Positions 40,398 to 51,634 of a stretch of DNA of 64,000 nt are shown here, in pieces (position 1 is the stretch's first letter; each line of letters starts with the position of its first letter). Source of the stretch: Clostridia bacterium (GTDB taxonomy: Bacteria > Bacillota > Clostridia > HGM11514). The notes under the pieces are model-generated. The model saw only the letters and a program-made list of their open reading frames with translations. It was not told the DNA's origin and searched no databases. The position numbers and the translations under genes were made by a program. The stretch is from NCBI GenBank assembly GCA_045586685.1, contig JAZNAU010000032.1:1-64000 (forward strand), written 5' to 3'.

Positions 40398-40958
40398 CTA
40401 CAAAGATATGGAATTTGTTCCGAATCCGTAGATGGCTATATCCATTCCGAAGGACAAATCCATTTTTTTGAGCAAAGTTTCTATTTCCACTATTGATTTA
40501 TCTCCTATATTCCTTGCCTTTTCCATTTCCCTTTTCCTGTATTTGACAATATCCGCCAATCTTTGTACACCAAGAGCTTTCAAAGAATTGTAGGTTCTTG
40601 TGGATAACACATCTTCAGGAAGTTCTTTTTCGAGAATTTTTCTTATCTTGTGACGGCTATTGTCTGCTTCGTGAATATTCCCGATTATATGACATTCTTC
40701 CCATACAGTGATTGAACCACATTCAAAGGACAGTCTTTCCTTGTTCCATCCGACAACATGACAATTACCATGGATATTTTCTATAATGTCCCCTTCATAA
40801 ATACAGTTCTGACTGGCATCTTTTTTCCCTATATATCTACCTACTGTATTGAGGTCGATATCTTTCATGTCTACTGTTACCGGGGTGGTTCCAGTTATAT
40901 GCCAATAGTTCCATTCCCCGGTTTCGATATTTCTTCCCCTTAGTCTTATTTCTTCCAT
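40398..40958 (-). CDS. YopX domain fused to RNA polymerase alpha-CTD-like domain
   Basis: TVGRYIGKKD...IYEGDI...IIGNIHE (YopX); LSTRTYNSLK..GV..LADIV...RNIGDKSIVEIETLL..LSFGM (alpha-CTD). Confidence 0.75.
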   Translation of the reverse strand: MEEIRLRGRNIETGEWNYWHITGTTPVTVDMKDIDLNTVGRYIGKKDASQNCIYEGDIIENIHGNCHVVGWNKERLSFECGSITVWEECHIIGNIHEADNSRHKIRKILEKELPEDVLSTRTYNSLKALGVQRLADIVKYRKREMEKARNIGDKSIVEIETLLKKMDLSFGMDIAIYGFGTNSISL

Positions 40959-42625
40959 TACGCCGCCTCCTTCTTTCTTCTTTCGATAAGAATTTTAGCC
41001 AGGGCTTCACAAAGGGATTTTGCCATTGTAACCTCTACGGCATTTCCTATGAATTTCTTTTGGTCGGCCTGTGTTCCGACAAGAATATAGCCTTCGGGAA
41101 ATCCCATTATCTTCTTCAGTTCCGGAACACTTAGCATTCTCATTGAAATATCAACGATGGAATATATAGCCATAAATTCCTTGATATTTTTCATCATGGG
41201 GCTGTCTGATTCATAAATACAATACATATAACCTTCTTCAGTCGGAATGATGAAATCCGGCAGTTCGTTACCTTCCGTCTTTGTTTCAATGAGATATGGA
41301 GGCATTTTATCCATTCTGGCAATAAGAGTGAAACAAGGGCTGTCCATGGATCCCCCTGCTGAGTTATATTGAGGATTCATCAGGAATCTCTTTACTGTAA
41401 CCACTTTTTGTTTGGGAGTTGTAAGAATGGCAGGACAGGGAGTTTCAACGTCAGACAGCTGTCCACCTCCGGAATATTCATTGGCTATGAAACGGCAGGA
41501 AACTAAGGAATATCTGTCTTTAGTCAACAAAGTTGGACTGGGCAGGTTTATGTCTTTTCCACCATCCTTATAATTATAGGAACAAAGGAAGCGTAGGCCG
41601 ACAAATGCATGATGGTCCTTGCATGTTATTGTTCCAGCCGGTGTATCAACAGATACATTCTTGCTCATCGGGTCACCACTGAACTGTTTTGAAAGGAATG
41701 ATACCTTTGCAACCCCAAGCCGGTTCTGTGTAGCGATTGTTGGACATGGTTCTTCAATGGACGGAGGTATATGTTTCCCCGTCCTTGAATTAACGGAATT
41801 GTATTTGACTATGAAAGATTCCTTCCCGTCTGCTATGAACTTGATAAGTCCGGCATATATCCTTTCCAGCGTGGATTCTGCAAGCTGCTTTTTTCGTTTG
41901 AAGATACTTGTTCCTTCATCTTCAAAGTTAAGGCATTCGCTGACCGGTTTCCATTTCTTCGTCTTACCGAATATATCATTGTGTCCGTACTTACTATGTG
42001 TGGCTTCCGGGAATGCTATCGGACAGCCCTTCCTTGCGAATACTCCGAAATATCTTTTTCGTGAAGTGTACGCCCCGTAATCCGCTGCATTCAATATACG
42101 GAAGTCAAAGTCATATCCATATCCTTTCACTTTATTTACCCACCGGAGGTAACATTTCCCCTTGTCCATAGATATAGGTTTCCCGTTACAGTCCACATCT
42201 CCCCACGCCATGAACTCCTTCACGTTCTCAATCTGGATATAATCCGGTTCAATCGCTTCTATATAACGGAATAGATGTTCAGCTAATGTACGGCTATCCG
42301 CATCCCTTGGAAGCCCTCCTTTCGCCTTGCTGAAATTTGTGCATTCAAGGGAAGCCCAAAGAACAACCAATGCATCCGGATATTCATTTCTGCATTTTTC
42401 AAGATGTAAGACAAGCGGAGACAGTTCCAATGTCCGAATGTCTTCCGTGAAGTGCAGTGTTTCGGGATGGTTAGCCTTGTGGCTGGCAATGGCTTTGGCG
42501 TCATGGTTTACACAAGCGATAACTTTTGCACATTTATCACCTTCATAAAGGGCGTGTTCAACACCGGTTGAAGTGCCACCAGCACCACAAAACAAGTCTA
42601 TATATAGCAGTCTTATATTATTCAT
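40958..42625 (-). CDS. DNA cytosine-C5 methyltransferase
   Basis: DLFCGAGG, ECTNFS, IENV, R.R.F, KFIGNAV. Confidence 0.9.
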   Translation of the reverse strand: MNNIRLLYIDLFCGAGGTSTGVEHALYEGDKCAKVIACVNHDAKAIASHKANHPETLHFTEDIRTLELSPLVLHLEKCRNEYPDALVVLWASLECTNFSKAKGGLPRDADSRTLAEHLFRYIEAIEPDYIQIENVKEFMAWGDVDCNGKPISMDKGKCYLRWVNKVKGYGYDFDFRILNAADYGAYTSRKRYFGVFARKGCPIAFPEATHSKYGHNDIFGKTKKWKPVSECLNFEDEGTSIFKRKKQLAESTLERIYAGLIKFIADGKESFIVKYNSVNSRTGKHIPPSIEEPCPTIATQNRLGVAKVSFLSKQFSGDPMSKNVSVDTPAGTITCKDHHAFVGLRFLCSYNYKDGGKDINLPSPTLLTKDRYSLVSCRFIANEYSGGGQLSDVETPCPAILTTPKQKVVTVKRFLMNPQYNSAGGSMDSPCFTLIARMDKMPPYLIETKTEGNELPDFIIPTEEGYMYCIYESDSPMMKNIKEFMAIYSIVDISMRMLSVPELKKIMGFPEGYILVGTQADQKKFIGNAVEVTMAKSLCEALAKILIERRKKEAA

Positions 42626-42654
42626 AATGCCTTTTCATATTAGGAATGTGAAAC

Positions 42655-43575
42655 TTATTCCATATCGTATTCTCCGGTGAAGTTGGGTTCAATGGAAACA
42701 TTGAATGTAACTTGTGTCGTGAGGAAAGTTCCCGTGATATCGGTAGCGAACGACCTTCTGACCGGAACATTGTTCAATAAAATTTCTATTGGGGATATAA
42801 CTTCGTTATACAGGACAGCCATTGTGTTTACAAGTTCCTTGTCCTGCACGAGAAAAGACGCACTTCCGAGTAGGGTATATCCTTTCCGGTCCTTGAAAAA
42901 ATTATGATCTTGTCTGCAAATGGAGGATATTTCTACCATATTTCTATTCATGCAGGAAACCTCTCCGGATAACGGGTGATATGTATCAGCCACAGCATCC
43001 ATCATGAAGCTGCATGTGCATTTGGAAATATCCACTCCGGCTTTTCTTGCATCTTCCGCATCTTTTTTTTCAGTAAACAGATTTATTACTGAAAATGGAC
43101 TTCTTAAAAGAATGTCTTTTGTATCATTATCTTCAGCAGAATAATTTTTCAGTACACCGTAATATGCCTCTTTCCGGTTGGCATTTGAATAGTCCACCTT
43201 TATATTCTTCAGATCCGTAATATCATATCCGGTTTCATCCTTTCCCTGTAACCAAAAGATAATGTCATATTTGTTGTCATTACCAATCTCAATATTTATC
43301 TGTCCCGGATTTTTCCCTTCTATGGGAACGATACCGTAATTGTAGCTTCTGCTGTCAAAACCTGTTTCGATTTTCTTACCGGTGTCGGAATCGTATATGG
43401 CAAAGAAGAGGTTCATACCGTCCGGATCCGACGACAAAGCGTTTCGGGTATCTACCGTTGTCGTAAAGTTGACGGTTTTCACTCTCATTTCATTACTGTT
43501 CATGTCATTTTCAGAACAACTGTATATAAATGTTGTCAATGAAAGTATGGCTGTTTTCAAATAGATTCTTTTCAT
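42655..43575 (-). CDS. pilin-like lipoprotein
   Basis: lipobox IYSC, DTR, YDIIFW, LRSPFSVIN, NVPVRR..T.ITG. Confidence 0.65.
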   Translation of the reverse strand: MKRIYLKTAILSLTTFIYSCSENDMNSNEMRVKTVNFTTTVDTRNALSSDPDGMNLFFAIYDSDTGKKIETGFDSRSYNYGIVPIEGKNPGQINIEIGNDNKYDIIFWLQGKDETGYDITDLKNIKVDYSNANRKEAYYGVLKNYSAEDNDTKDILLRSPFSVINLFTEKKDAEDARKAGVDISKCTCSFMMDAVADTYHPLSGEVSCMNRNMVEISSICRQDHNFFKDRKGYTLLGSASFLVQDKELVNTMAVLYNEVISPIEILLNNVPVRRSFATDITGTFLTTQVTFNVSIEPNFTGEYDME

Positions 43576-43603
43576 GTGTATTCCTTATTTATCTGTTAGA
43601 CAT

Positions 43604-44584
43604 TCAATTATCTTTCCAGTCTTCGACTGTTGCATCAAAAATTATGGGTTGTAGAATTCTTGTCGGTATCAAACCGTTTATATTATACCAGTCACATCCA
43701 TGTTCAAGAGTTATATTTATCTCATGAGTGCAATCCATAAGCCATTTGTCCTGGAAGGGTATGGCAACATAAGCGAAACCGCTGTCATTGCCACACCATA
43801 TTGGGACATCATAATTTTCTTGATAGCCTTTTGATGCATCACAAATATTGAATATCCTGCATCCTAACAGGATATAGCTTCCGTTCCCTTTATGTGGTAT
43901 TGATTCCGGATTCCAAGAAATTAGTGACTGGGGTATGATCGGAACGGGATTATCAAGACTAATTTTTATGGAATCTTGCGGATGTACCCCGATTGTATCC
44001 GTATTGACGGATATAAAATCTCCTTGTCCGGTATATTTCCACTCGGCGTCGATGCCATTGAACGGGAACAAGAACTTGCCTTTCTTTGCAATGTTGAATA
44101 TATTGATTTCCCTTATTTCAAGAAACAGATTTTCCATTCTGTTTCTGACGGTAAAAGTAAGATTGGCAAAAGCATCATGGAATGTTATGGAAGAACAATC
44201 TGTCTTGTTGCTTTCGATTACTGCATAATTGAATCTATCGGTATAGATATCGTCCTTATTCTGTGAGTATCTGATTGATGGTCTGTTTCCATCAAGAAAA
44301 AAAGTTCCACCACTACCATCATATACATAGGCAGTATAGTTTTTTTTATCAGTAGTATAATCGGCTAAAGGATTGTCTTCATTGTGTTCCAAATCTATAT
44401 ATTCATAGAAGTCATTACCTGATGAATCAAGAATGACCACATTTGATGTTCTCGATTGTACATTGCCTTGATTGAGTTCAATAATCTCATGGGATGGAAT
44501 TATCTGATCCAAAGTTTCATCAAAGACACAGGAAGACATCATCAATGGAATGCATACAAGTACGTTGGAATATAACTTTTTCAT
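43604..44584 (-). CDS. fimbrillin-like lipoprotein
   Basis: lipobox MSSC, QSR, PIIPQ, C-terminal PIIFDATVEDW. Confidence 0.65.
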   Translation of the reverse strand: MKKLYSNVLVCIPLMMSSCVFDETLDQIIPSHEIIELNQGNVQSRTSNVVILDSSGNDFYEYIDLEHNEDNPLADYTTDKKNYTAYVYDGSGGTFFLDGNRPSIRYSQNKDDIYTDRFNYAVIESNKTDCSSITFHDAFANLTFTVRNRMENLFLEIREINIFNIAKKGKFLFPFNGIDAEWKYTGQGDFISVNTDTIGVHPQDSIKISLDNPVPIIPQSLISWNPESIPHKGNGSYILLGCRIFNICDASKGYQENYDVPIWCGNDSGFAYVAIPFQDKWLMDCTHEINITLEHGCDWYNINGLIPTRILQPIIFDATVEDWKDN

Positions 44585-44617
44585 AAATGTAAGTTTTAAT
44601 ATTAAACCTGATAAAGC

Positions 44618-44941
44618 TTATGCTGCAAAATTTCCGATATTGTCAACCGCGAACATCCCGGCATTGACATGGATATATTTGCCTTCATTTTTGTTCCAAC
44701 CTGTATGGAACCATTGTTTCCATACAGGAAGGTTCTTTTGAGGTTCCATTTCCTTGTACAGTTCCCAGAAATCATTGAAATCCTTTACATATACAACCAT
44801 TCCTCCATTAAGGAGAACGGTTCTCAGATAAAACGCATAAAGTTCTGCGTTCTCTTTCTTCTCAAAAACGGTTTTCTTCACATTGAAGAATGTCCGTCCG
44901 TCTTGGATGAAATTCTTGATTAAACAACCTTTGATAGCCAT
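44618..44941 (-). CDS. hypothetical protein
   Basis: 107 aa after structured leader copy 2. Confidence 0.6.
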   Translation of the reverse strand: MAIKGCLIKNFIQDGRTFFNVKKTVFEKKENAELYAFYLRTVLLNGGMVVYVKDFNDFWELYKEMEPQKNLPVWKQWFHTGWNKNEGKYIHVNAGMFAVDNIGNFAA

Positions 44942-44956
44942 AATAAAGTTTTTTAG

Positions 44957-45012
44957 TTTTGGCTGTAAGGCTCAGCCGGGTTACTATTATAACAGGATAG
45001 CCTTCATATCCC
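44957..45012 (-). ncRNA. structured 5' leader, copy 2
   Basis: repeat of 32736-32791; family-2 promoter at 45017-45049. Confidence 0.6.
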
Positions 45013-45358
45013 GCAACAAAGGTATGAATAATAAACGATACTACCAAATAATAATATAAATAAAAATAGATAAATAAATAGATATTTAATTATAAATATA
45101 AAAATATATATAATTATATATTTGAAAATAAGGGATGTACCCTTTCGAATACATCCCTGCCAAAAAGATACGGAGGGTAGGTATTTAATATCCCATATCT
45201 TTGATTGAGCTTCTTCCGGTACAGTTTTCGTATTTTTTCTTCAGTTTCATTTCGTAGGCAAGGGAATACTTTTCCTTCTTGACGAAAACGACTGTATATC
45301 TGTTTATTCTTACTGGTATTCTTGAATCATCCTTATTTCCCATGTCATGTGTATTAAG

Positions 45359-45637
45359 TTATCCTTTCATTGAATATACCCTGAATTTGGCATGAGCCTT
45401 GAATTTGACTTTTTCCCCTGCAGGAATGGTTATCTTTTCTTTCCGGTGCATGTCATACCCCATCTTTTCTTTCGTTTCAATGATTGTAAAAGTACCGAAG
45501 TCCTTCAACACTACATTTTCCTTATTGTTGATGGCATTGCTGATCTCACATAATATGGCTTCCATGGCCTGTCCAATCACTTTCTGTGATAACCCGGTTT
45601 TTTCCGAGACATTTTTTATAATTTCAGACTTTATCAT
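45359..45637 (-). CDS. HU family DNA-binding protein
   Basis: probable start MIKSEII; VVLKDFGTF, ITIPA..KVKFKA; family-1 motif at 45660-45698. Confidence 0.85.
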   Translation of the reverse strand: MIKSEIIKNVSEKTGLSQKVIGQAMEAILCEISNAINNKENVVLKDFGTFTIIETKEKMGYDMHRKEKITIPAGEKVKFKAHAKFRVYSMKG

Positions 45638-45720
45638 ACTCTTTTTTTTATTTGTTTTTGCAAAGGAAATCCGTGTTGTTATCAAAAAATTCACTTTTGG
45701 AAAAAAACCGAATAAATAAT

Positions 45721-48700
45721 TTATCGACATAATCCTTTTTGGCTTTTAATTTCTTCTTGAATGACTGATACATATCTTTCCGCATATCCTACGGAAACAG
45801 GATTATCCTTTCCTTCAATGAACAAATGTATATTGTTCTCATCCTTTTTAACGGCTACCACCTTCCCTGTTGTTATTTCCGGTATATCTATGGTCTTTCC
45901 CAAGAATTGGGAATAATACAGTTCCATTTCATCAACAGTGGCATCTGACTCTAAATATTCAGGATTTCTTGAAACAAACATTTCATAAGCCAGTTCTTCA
46001 ATTCTTTCTCCGCTGTCAAGACGTTTCCGGTCCTTTTCCTCCAACGGTAGGGAAAGATATTCCCCATTGACAATGGCAGAGATGAATGTATCCGATCCTT
46101 CTTTGAATCCTTTATTTGTCTTTATATGTATATCTTCTATGGTTACATTTTTCTTTTCCTGTTCCTTATCTATTTCTTTCAGGGCATTCTTTATTTTTTG
46201 TTCCAATTCCTTTGCTTCCCGTTTCATTTCTGCAAGCAGTTTTTCCTTTCCCCATACCTTTCCTTGCAGTCCTTCAGTCATTTCCAGGATATTCTTCTTG
46301 TTTTTGGCAATTTCATCTTCCATATATTCCGCCCTTTTCCCCAGGGAATTTCCTATGTCCTCCAGCCAACCAATGGTATCCGCATGGCTTAACGGAATTT
46401 TTCCACTGTTTGTACTGTACATCCTACCGCTTTCCTTTCCTATTATGCCGAATCCGTAATATCCGAAGTCATCCTTTTTCATATATACATCATGTCCATT
46501 ATAGGAACCTACTATGATATTGTTAATGTTACTGCCTGTATGTTTGAGTTCATTCAAATATTTTCCCACTTCCTTTCCGTAGAGACTGTTTCCTTCCCTA
46601 TCCTTGAATCCGTTCTTTTCTGAAGCAAGGAAGGAGTTATAATCTTTGTGCATGTCATTTGATGCTTTTGTCAGTGATTCATTCTTTTCCTTAAGATACT
46701 GGCATTTTCTTTCTGTATAGAGAATGTCTTTCTGAAAGAGCATCCGTTCCTTTTCCAACTGCTTGATTTTCTTGTCAAGCTTCGCTTTTTCAAGGAGGTC
46801 AGTATTACCGGATAATATGGCCACATATTCCGCAAAGTTCATTCCGCTATTTTCGTCCATAGAACCTTCATCCATGGAACGGCTTCCAAGCTGTTGACTT
46901 TTCAGTTGGGTAATGAACTGCTGTTTATTCTGCAATAGATTGAACTTGTAGGCATCCAAGGACATTTCCGTTGCATAAGTGATTATTTTTACTTTGTTTC
47001 CTGCAAATTCCTTTGCGACAATGTTACCTTTTCTGATGGCCCTTCCGTTCCTTTGTTCCAAATCGGACGGGACCCAGGGAGTATCAAGATGATGTACGGC
47101 AACTGCTCTTTTCTGTGCATTTACTCCAGTTCCGAGCATGGATGTACTTCCGAATGCAATTCTTACTTTGCCTTCCTGCATGTCTTCTATCAATTTCTTC
47201 TTCTGTTTTTCCGTCTTGCATTCCTGAATGAACCTTATTTCTGATTCCGGGATGTCGCAGTCTCTCACTAACTGCTCCTTTATTTCGGAATACACGTTCC
47301 ATTCACCTTCCTTATATGTTCCCAAGTCGGAAAATACGAACTGTGTTCCCTTGCAATGGTCGAAATCACAATATAGTTTATACAGTTCTTTCACACAATA
47401 GTCCACTTTCCCGTCTATTTCATCTGCATATTTGTAAGGATCAATCATTCGCATGTCAAGAGCCATCTTTCGTGCATAATCCGTTGCAATCAGCATCTTC
47501 GCCTTTTCTTCCGTTTCGGATAGTTTTCCCCTGCCGAGTAACTCCCCTTTTCCGGTTTTCGCAAATTCAATCAAGGTCTTGTTGAACTCCTGTTGTGCTG
47601 GAGTGGGAGGTATATTTATAAAAATATGTTCAGCTTCAGGTCTGTCTATACCTATCATGTCGGCTGTTCTGTAATCCGTAATTTGATTATAAAATATGGC
47701 CAGTTCCGGAACTTTGACGAAATAACGGAACCGTTCTTTCTGTATGATGCTATTTGTAACGGAGAATTCGAAGTCTGTTGATTTTCGTGTATAGATGGCC
47801 GCCCATGCATCGAAACATGTTATACCTTGTTTATCCAAGGCTTTTGGCCGTAGATATTTGAAAAGGGCATAAAGTTCCGTCAAGGAATTGCTTATTGTTG
47901 TTCCGGAAAGGAATGTTGCTCCCAAATCCTTTCCCGTCCGTTTCTGTATGTCTCTGATAGCAAAGAAAAGGTTCAGTGCCTTTCCGCTACCGGTCGTATT
48001 CCCTATACCTGCTACACGCTGGTGTCTGGTATTGAAAGTGAGGTTCTTGAACTTGTGGCTTTCATCGACGAAAATATGGTCAATGCCCATGCTTCTGAAA
48101 TCAATGTTGTCATCTGTATTCTCGTTTATTTTATTGATAACCATATTCAGTTTGGCTGCAAGATTTTCTTTTCTTGTTTCCATTCCTTTTATGAGCTTCT
48201 TGCTTATGGAAGTGCCTGATTTTCCCAATACTTCCAGAGATTCTTCTATGTCATTGATTTCTTCGAGGAATATTTCCTTTTGGATTTCCAATGCCTGGGG
48301 TATTTTCTTGAACTGCTCATGGGTAAGGATAATGCAGTCCCAGTTGTTGTTCTTGATATCCTTGAACAAGGCTGCCCTTTTCTTGGGAGTGAAATCATCC
48401 TTTTGTGGATAAAGGATTTTTGCGTTCGGGTACGCTTTTTGAAAAGTATCCGCTATTTCGTGTACATTGGCCTTCAGAGCAATGATCATCGGTTTGTGTA
48501 TCATTCCTATCCGTTTCATTTCATAAGCGGCCACACACATAATCATGGTTTTCCCAGAACCTACCTGATGGTCACATATACCTCCTCCGTTCTGTTTAAT
48601 CATCCATATCGCATCTTTCTGTGACGGATAAAGTTCCTTGTAGTCAAATTTGTCAAAGGACAGACCGGGGAAAGTCTGGCAGGAACCGTCATAATGTGGC

Positions 48701-51225
48701 CTGACAAAACAGTTGAACCTTTCGTTGTATGTATCTGCCAAAGCGTCCTTTGTCCTTACATCCCTTGCATCAAGCCATTCTATGAACCTTTCCTGCATAT
48801 CCTGTATCTTGCTTGCCGCCAGTTGCGTAGCTTCCGCATCCACTTCCTTTGTTTTTTCATTTCCCTTATAGACTGTTTTCGTTATTTGCGGGAATGTATT
48901 GTACATGGCATTCAGCATTATGTCTTCCGCCGCCAGTTTCCATTCCACACCCCAAAGAGATTGGGCAGCGGATGAATATTCTTTCATCTTCACTGTAAAC
49001 GTGTCCTGTCCGGTAAAATATTCTATTTTTGTCGGCACCTTGAATATTTCCGTTGCAAAATCAGAATAGATGTCACATGAAATCCATCTTTCGCCAAAAT
49101 TGAAGTCCAGTTCCTCGAAGGGGATTTTTTCAGGCTTCCCTTCTTCCAGTGCTTTCAAAGAGTTTTCTATGTCTTCCTTATAATTTTCGCAGTATTCATC
49201 CATCAGGAAAGGTTTGAACTGATTTATCTTTTCATAGACATTCCCTGCAATCATTCTGCTTCTGATTTCCCATTCATCTTCTACCGGATTATATAGAATC
49301 CTGTCTTTTAATGCATTGAGAATTTCTTCTTCGCTTTTCTTTGAATAATGTCCTATATATGTCAAATCAACTTTTCCGTTGAAGTTTAGCGAAGCTGCCA
49401 ACGCTTCTTCAACGGTCATGGTTTCTTCTTCCTTGTTTTTACGGAATGAGACTGGTTCAGAAAAGATATCTGCCTTTATTCTCTTTCCGTTTTCGTATCT
49501 CTCAAGTGCAAGAATTTCATCCGCCGCTGGATCCATCATGATAACAGGAGCAGCCTGTTTCTCTCTGAGACCACCGTATCTTTCCACAAAAGAATCATAG
49601 GCATCATTCAGCATATGACGGAATCCCTCGTTTTCTATCTGATGTTCATGTTCAAAATCGAAAAGTTCCCAGTATTTGTTCCGGATGGCAATATAGGATG
49701 AAAGGATATTTCTCTCGATAAGTGATATTCTTTCATGTGGGTTAAACATATATTTCCCGTTTTCGATGGAAAGTGTACCGACCTGTCCTTCATAATTTAC
49801 GGTTATGCCGGTTTGATAATGGTTACTCCACCATGTGCCGTTGAATTCTCTTTTTCCTGTATTGCTTTGTAAAGGTACAGTATTCTGTTTCCTTTTCCTC
49901 TTTCCTGTTCCCTTAATCTGTGTTCTTTCTTCCGCTGTCAGTCCGAAAAGGTCAAAAAGAGACAGGATTTCCCCTCCAAGCACGTTCTTTGTGTCATCTT
50001 CTTTCCTTTCATTGCTTACCTTAACCCGATTCAGTAATTCTTTCTTGTATTTTTCCTTGAAGTCCCTATCAACAATATCTTTCAATTCATCAGCAATAAT
50101 CACATCACAAGGGTCAAACTTAACAGTTATTTTTCCGAATCTGTCTGTAGTTTCATAAGGGTCACCTATATAGTTCGGGTAGTCCACCGGTGAAAACAGA
50201 TAATCACCATTGATATATCTGTTTTGTGAAATCATACCGTAAATTCCTTCCTGCCCGTTTTCAAATTTCCGTACGTCCCATTCCCTTGTTTCCGTGAACA
50301 TTCTCTCCTTTTCTGACATTCCATTTTTCCGGCTGTTCTTCTGAAGAATAATCAGGTCACTTCCTACTTCCACACCTGCTTCGGATTCAAACAGATTATC
50401 AGGTAGTCTGACAGCGGAAACAAGATTGGAATTTTGCATGAGATATTCCCTTATGGGTTTGTTCATCTTTGCATCCGCCAAACCTCTTGATGTTATGAAT
50501 ACAATCAGACCTCCTTCCTTTACGGCGTCCAGAGCTTTAACAAAAAAATAGTTGTGTATTTTAAGGGTAGAAGATTTCTTCACCTTGTCCTTTGAATTGG
50601 ATAGTATCGGATCAAACACCCGGAAATCTCCGAAAGGGATATTTGATATGGCGAGGTCATATTTACCCATATCTGCAGCAGGTATAGTCTCGAACCCGGC
50701 TATATTAACTTTTGTTTCCGGTTCAAGGGATGTAAGTATGAGTCCTGTCAGTATATCTTTTTCATAAGCAGTCTTTTCCAACTTGTCCGCCGTTTCGGTT
50801 CCATCGAACGCATGAAGGAATCTTCCTGTTCCTGATGATGGATCTATCATGGTCTGTATTGCTCCAGGTGCTGCCTTTGATAGAATTTCTCCCAAAGTCT
50901 TGATGAAATATTCAGGAGTATAGAAAGCTGTAAGAACGGATGATTTTACACTTTCCATATATTCTTTTCTTTCTCTGTCGTCCTTCGTGTTTACTCCAAT
51001 GATACGATTCAGCTCCACAACGGCAGGGTAAAGGGATTGGTCTTCTTTGCTCCAGTCTTTCACAGGTCTGGTGTCTATGACACATTTCAGCCCACCGAAT
51101 CCGGTATATTTCTTTAGGATCTCCCGTTCCTCTTCATTTGCTTTCCTATTTTCCGCTTTAAGTTCAAAAGCTTTCTGTATAGCATGTATGTTAGCTATGA
51201 GTGCGGTTTTCTTATTGTAGGCCAT
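45721..51225 (-). CDS. N6-adenine methyltransferase/SNF2 helicase fusion (DarB-like)
   Basis: [55 protein letters not shown]. Confidence 0.9.
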   Translation of the reverse strand: MAYNKKTALIANIHAIQKAFELKAENRKANEEEREILKKYTGFGGLKCVIDTRPVKDWSKEDQSLYPAVVELNRIIGVNTKDDRERKEYMESVKSSVLTAFYTPEYFIKTLGEILSKAAPGAIQTMIDPSSGTGRFLHAFDGTETADKLEKTAYEKDILTGLILTSLEPETKVNIAGFETIPAADMGKYDLAISNIPFGDFRVFDPILSNSKDKVKKSSTLKIHNYFFVKALDAVKEGGLIVFITSRGLADAKMNKPIREYLMQNSNLVSAVRLPDNLFESEAGVEVGSDLIILQKNSRKNGMSEKERMFTETREWDVRKFENGQEGIYGMISQNRYINGDYLFSPVDYPNYIGDPYETTDRFGKITVKFDPCDVIIADELKDIVDRDFKEKYKKELLNRVKVSNERKEDDTKNVLGGEILSLFDLFGLTAEERTQIKGTGKRKRKQNTVPLQSNTGKREFNGTWWSNHYQTGITVNYEGQVGTLSIENGKYMFNPHERISLIERNILSSYIAIRNKYWELFDFEHEHQIENEGFRHMLNDAYDSFVERYGGLREKQAAPVIMMDPAADEILALERYENGKRIKADIFSEPVSFRKNKEEETMTVEEALAASLNFNGKVDLTYIGHYSKKSEEEILNALKDRILYNPVEDEWEIRSRMIAGNVYEKINQFKPFLMDEYCENYKEDIENSLKALEEGKPEKIPFEELDFNFGERWISCDIYSDFATEIFKVPTKIEYFTGQDTFTVKMKEYSSAAQSLWGVEWKLAAEDIMLNAMYNTFPQITKTVYKGNEKTKEVDAEATQLAASKIQDMQERFIEWLDARDVRTKDALADTYNERFNCFVRPHYDGSCQTFPGLSFDKFDYKELYPSQKDAIWMIKQNGGGICDHQVGSGKTMIMCVAAYEMKRIGMIHKPMIIALKANVHEIADTFQKAYPNAKILYPQKDDFTPKKRAALFKDIKNNNWDCIILTHEQFKKIPQALEIQKEIFLEEINDIEESLEVLGKSGTSISKKLIKGMETRKENLAAKLNMVINKINENTDDNIDFRSMGIDHIFVDESHKFKNLTFNTRHQRVAGIGNTTGSGKALNLFFAIRDIQKRTGKDLGATFLSGTTISNSLTELYALFKYLRPKALDKQGITCFDAWAAIYTRKSTDFEFSVTNSIIQKERFRYFVKVPELAIFYNQITDYRTADMIGIDRPEAEHIFINIPPTPAQQEFNKTLIEFAKTGKGELLGRGKLSETEEKAKMLIATDYARKMALDMRMIDPYKYADEIDGKVDYCVKELYKLYCDFDHCKGTQFVFSDLGTYKEGEWNVYSEIKEQLVRDCDIPESEIRFIQECKTEKQKKKLIEDMQEGKVRIAFGSTSMLGTGVNAQKRAVAVHHLDTPWVPSDLEQRNGRAIRKGNIVAKEFAGNKVKIITYATEMSLDAYKFNLLQNKQQFITQLKSQQLGSRSMDEGSMDENSGMNFAEYVAILSGNTDLLEKAKLDKKIKQLEKERMLFQKDILYTERKCQYLKEKNESLTKASNDMHKDYNSFLASEKNGFKDREGNSLYGKEVGKYLNELKHTGSNINNIIVGSYNGHDVYMKKDDFGYYGFGIIGKESGRMYSTNSGKIPLSHADTIGWLEDIGNSLGKRAEYMEDEIAKNKKNILEMTEGLQGKVWGKEKLLAEMKREAKELEQKIKNALKEIDKEQEKKNVTIEDIHIKTNKGFKEGSDTFISAIVNGEYLSLPLEEKDRKRLDSGERIEELAYEMFVSRNPEYLESDATVDEMELYYSQFLGKTIDIPEITTGKVVAVKKDENNIHLFIEGKDNPVSVGYAERYVSVIQEEIKSQKGLCR

Positions 51226-51634
51226 ATTTTTCCAGATAAAGTTTGATAGAACCGGTAATGAGATAATAAAGTTTCATGTAATTGACACTATCCTGAAATT
51301 CGTCATCAATGTCCGGAAACTTCTTGAATTCCTCTTTGGTATATTCCATCATCTGCATGATGAATTCATGTTTCTCGTAGTCATTTATATCAAATTCTTC
51401 TTCTACAATTTCCTTCACCAAATCATAGGCTGAGAATTTCAAGTCTTTATAAAGGACAATTAAGGCTTCACGCTTCGCTTCATTAACATTCATGCCCATG
51501 TGCGAACAACGCTCGAATTCATCTTCAGCCAGTCCGCTTCTTGCATTGATGAATTCCGTGTCTTCAATTTTATCCGGGTGGTGCTGCACCATAAAATCCG
51601 TCAATACCAGTTTGAAATAAGATAGATGTTCCAT
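51212..51634 (-). CDS. DUF1896-like protein
   Basis: probable start MEHLSYF; LSYF...HHPD..FI..RS..A, LKFSAYD; usual partner of the methylase/helicase. Confidence 0.75.
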   Translation of the reverse strand: MEHLSYFKLVLTDFMVQHHPDKIEDTEFINARSGLAEDEFERCSHMGMNVNEAKREALIVLYKDLKFSAYDLVKEIVEEEFDINDYEKHEFIMQMMEYTKEEFKKFPDIDDEFQDSVNYMKLYYLITGSIKLYLEKYGLQ

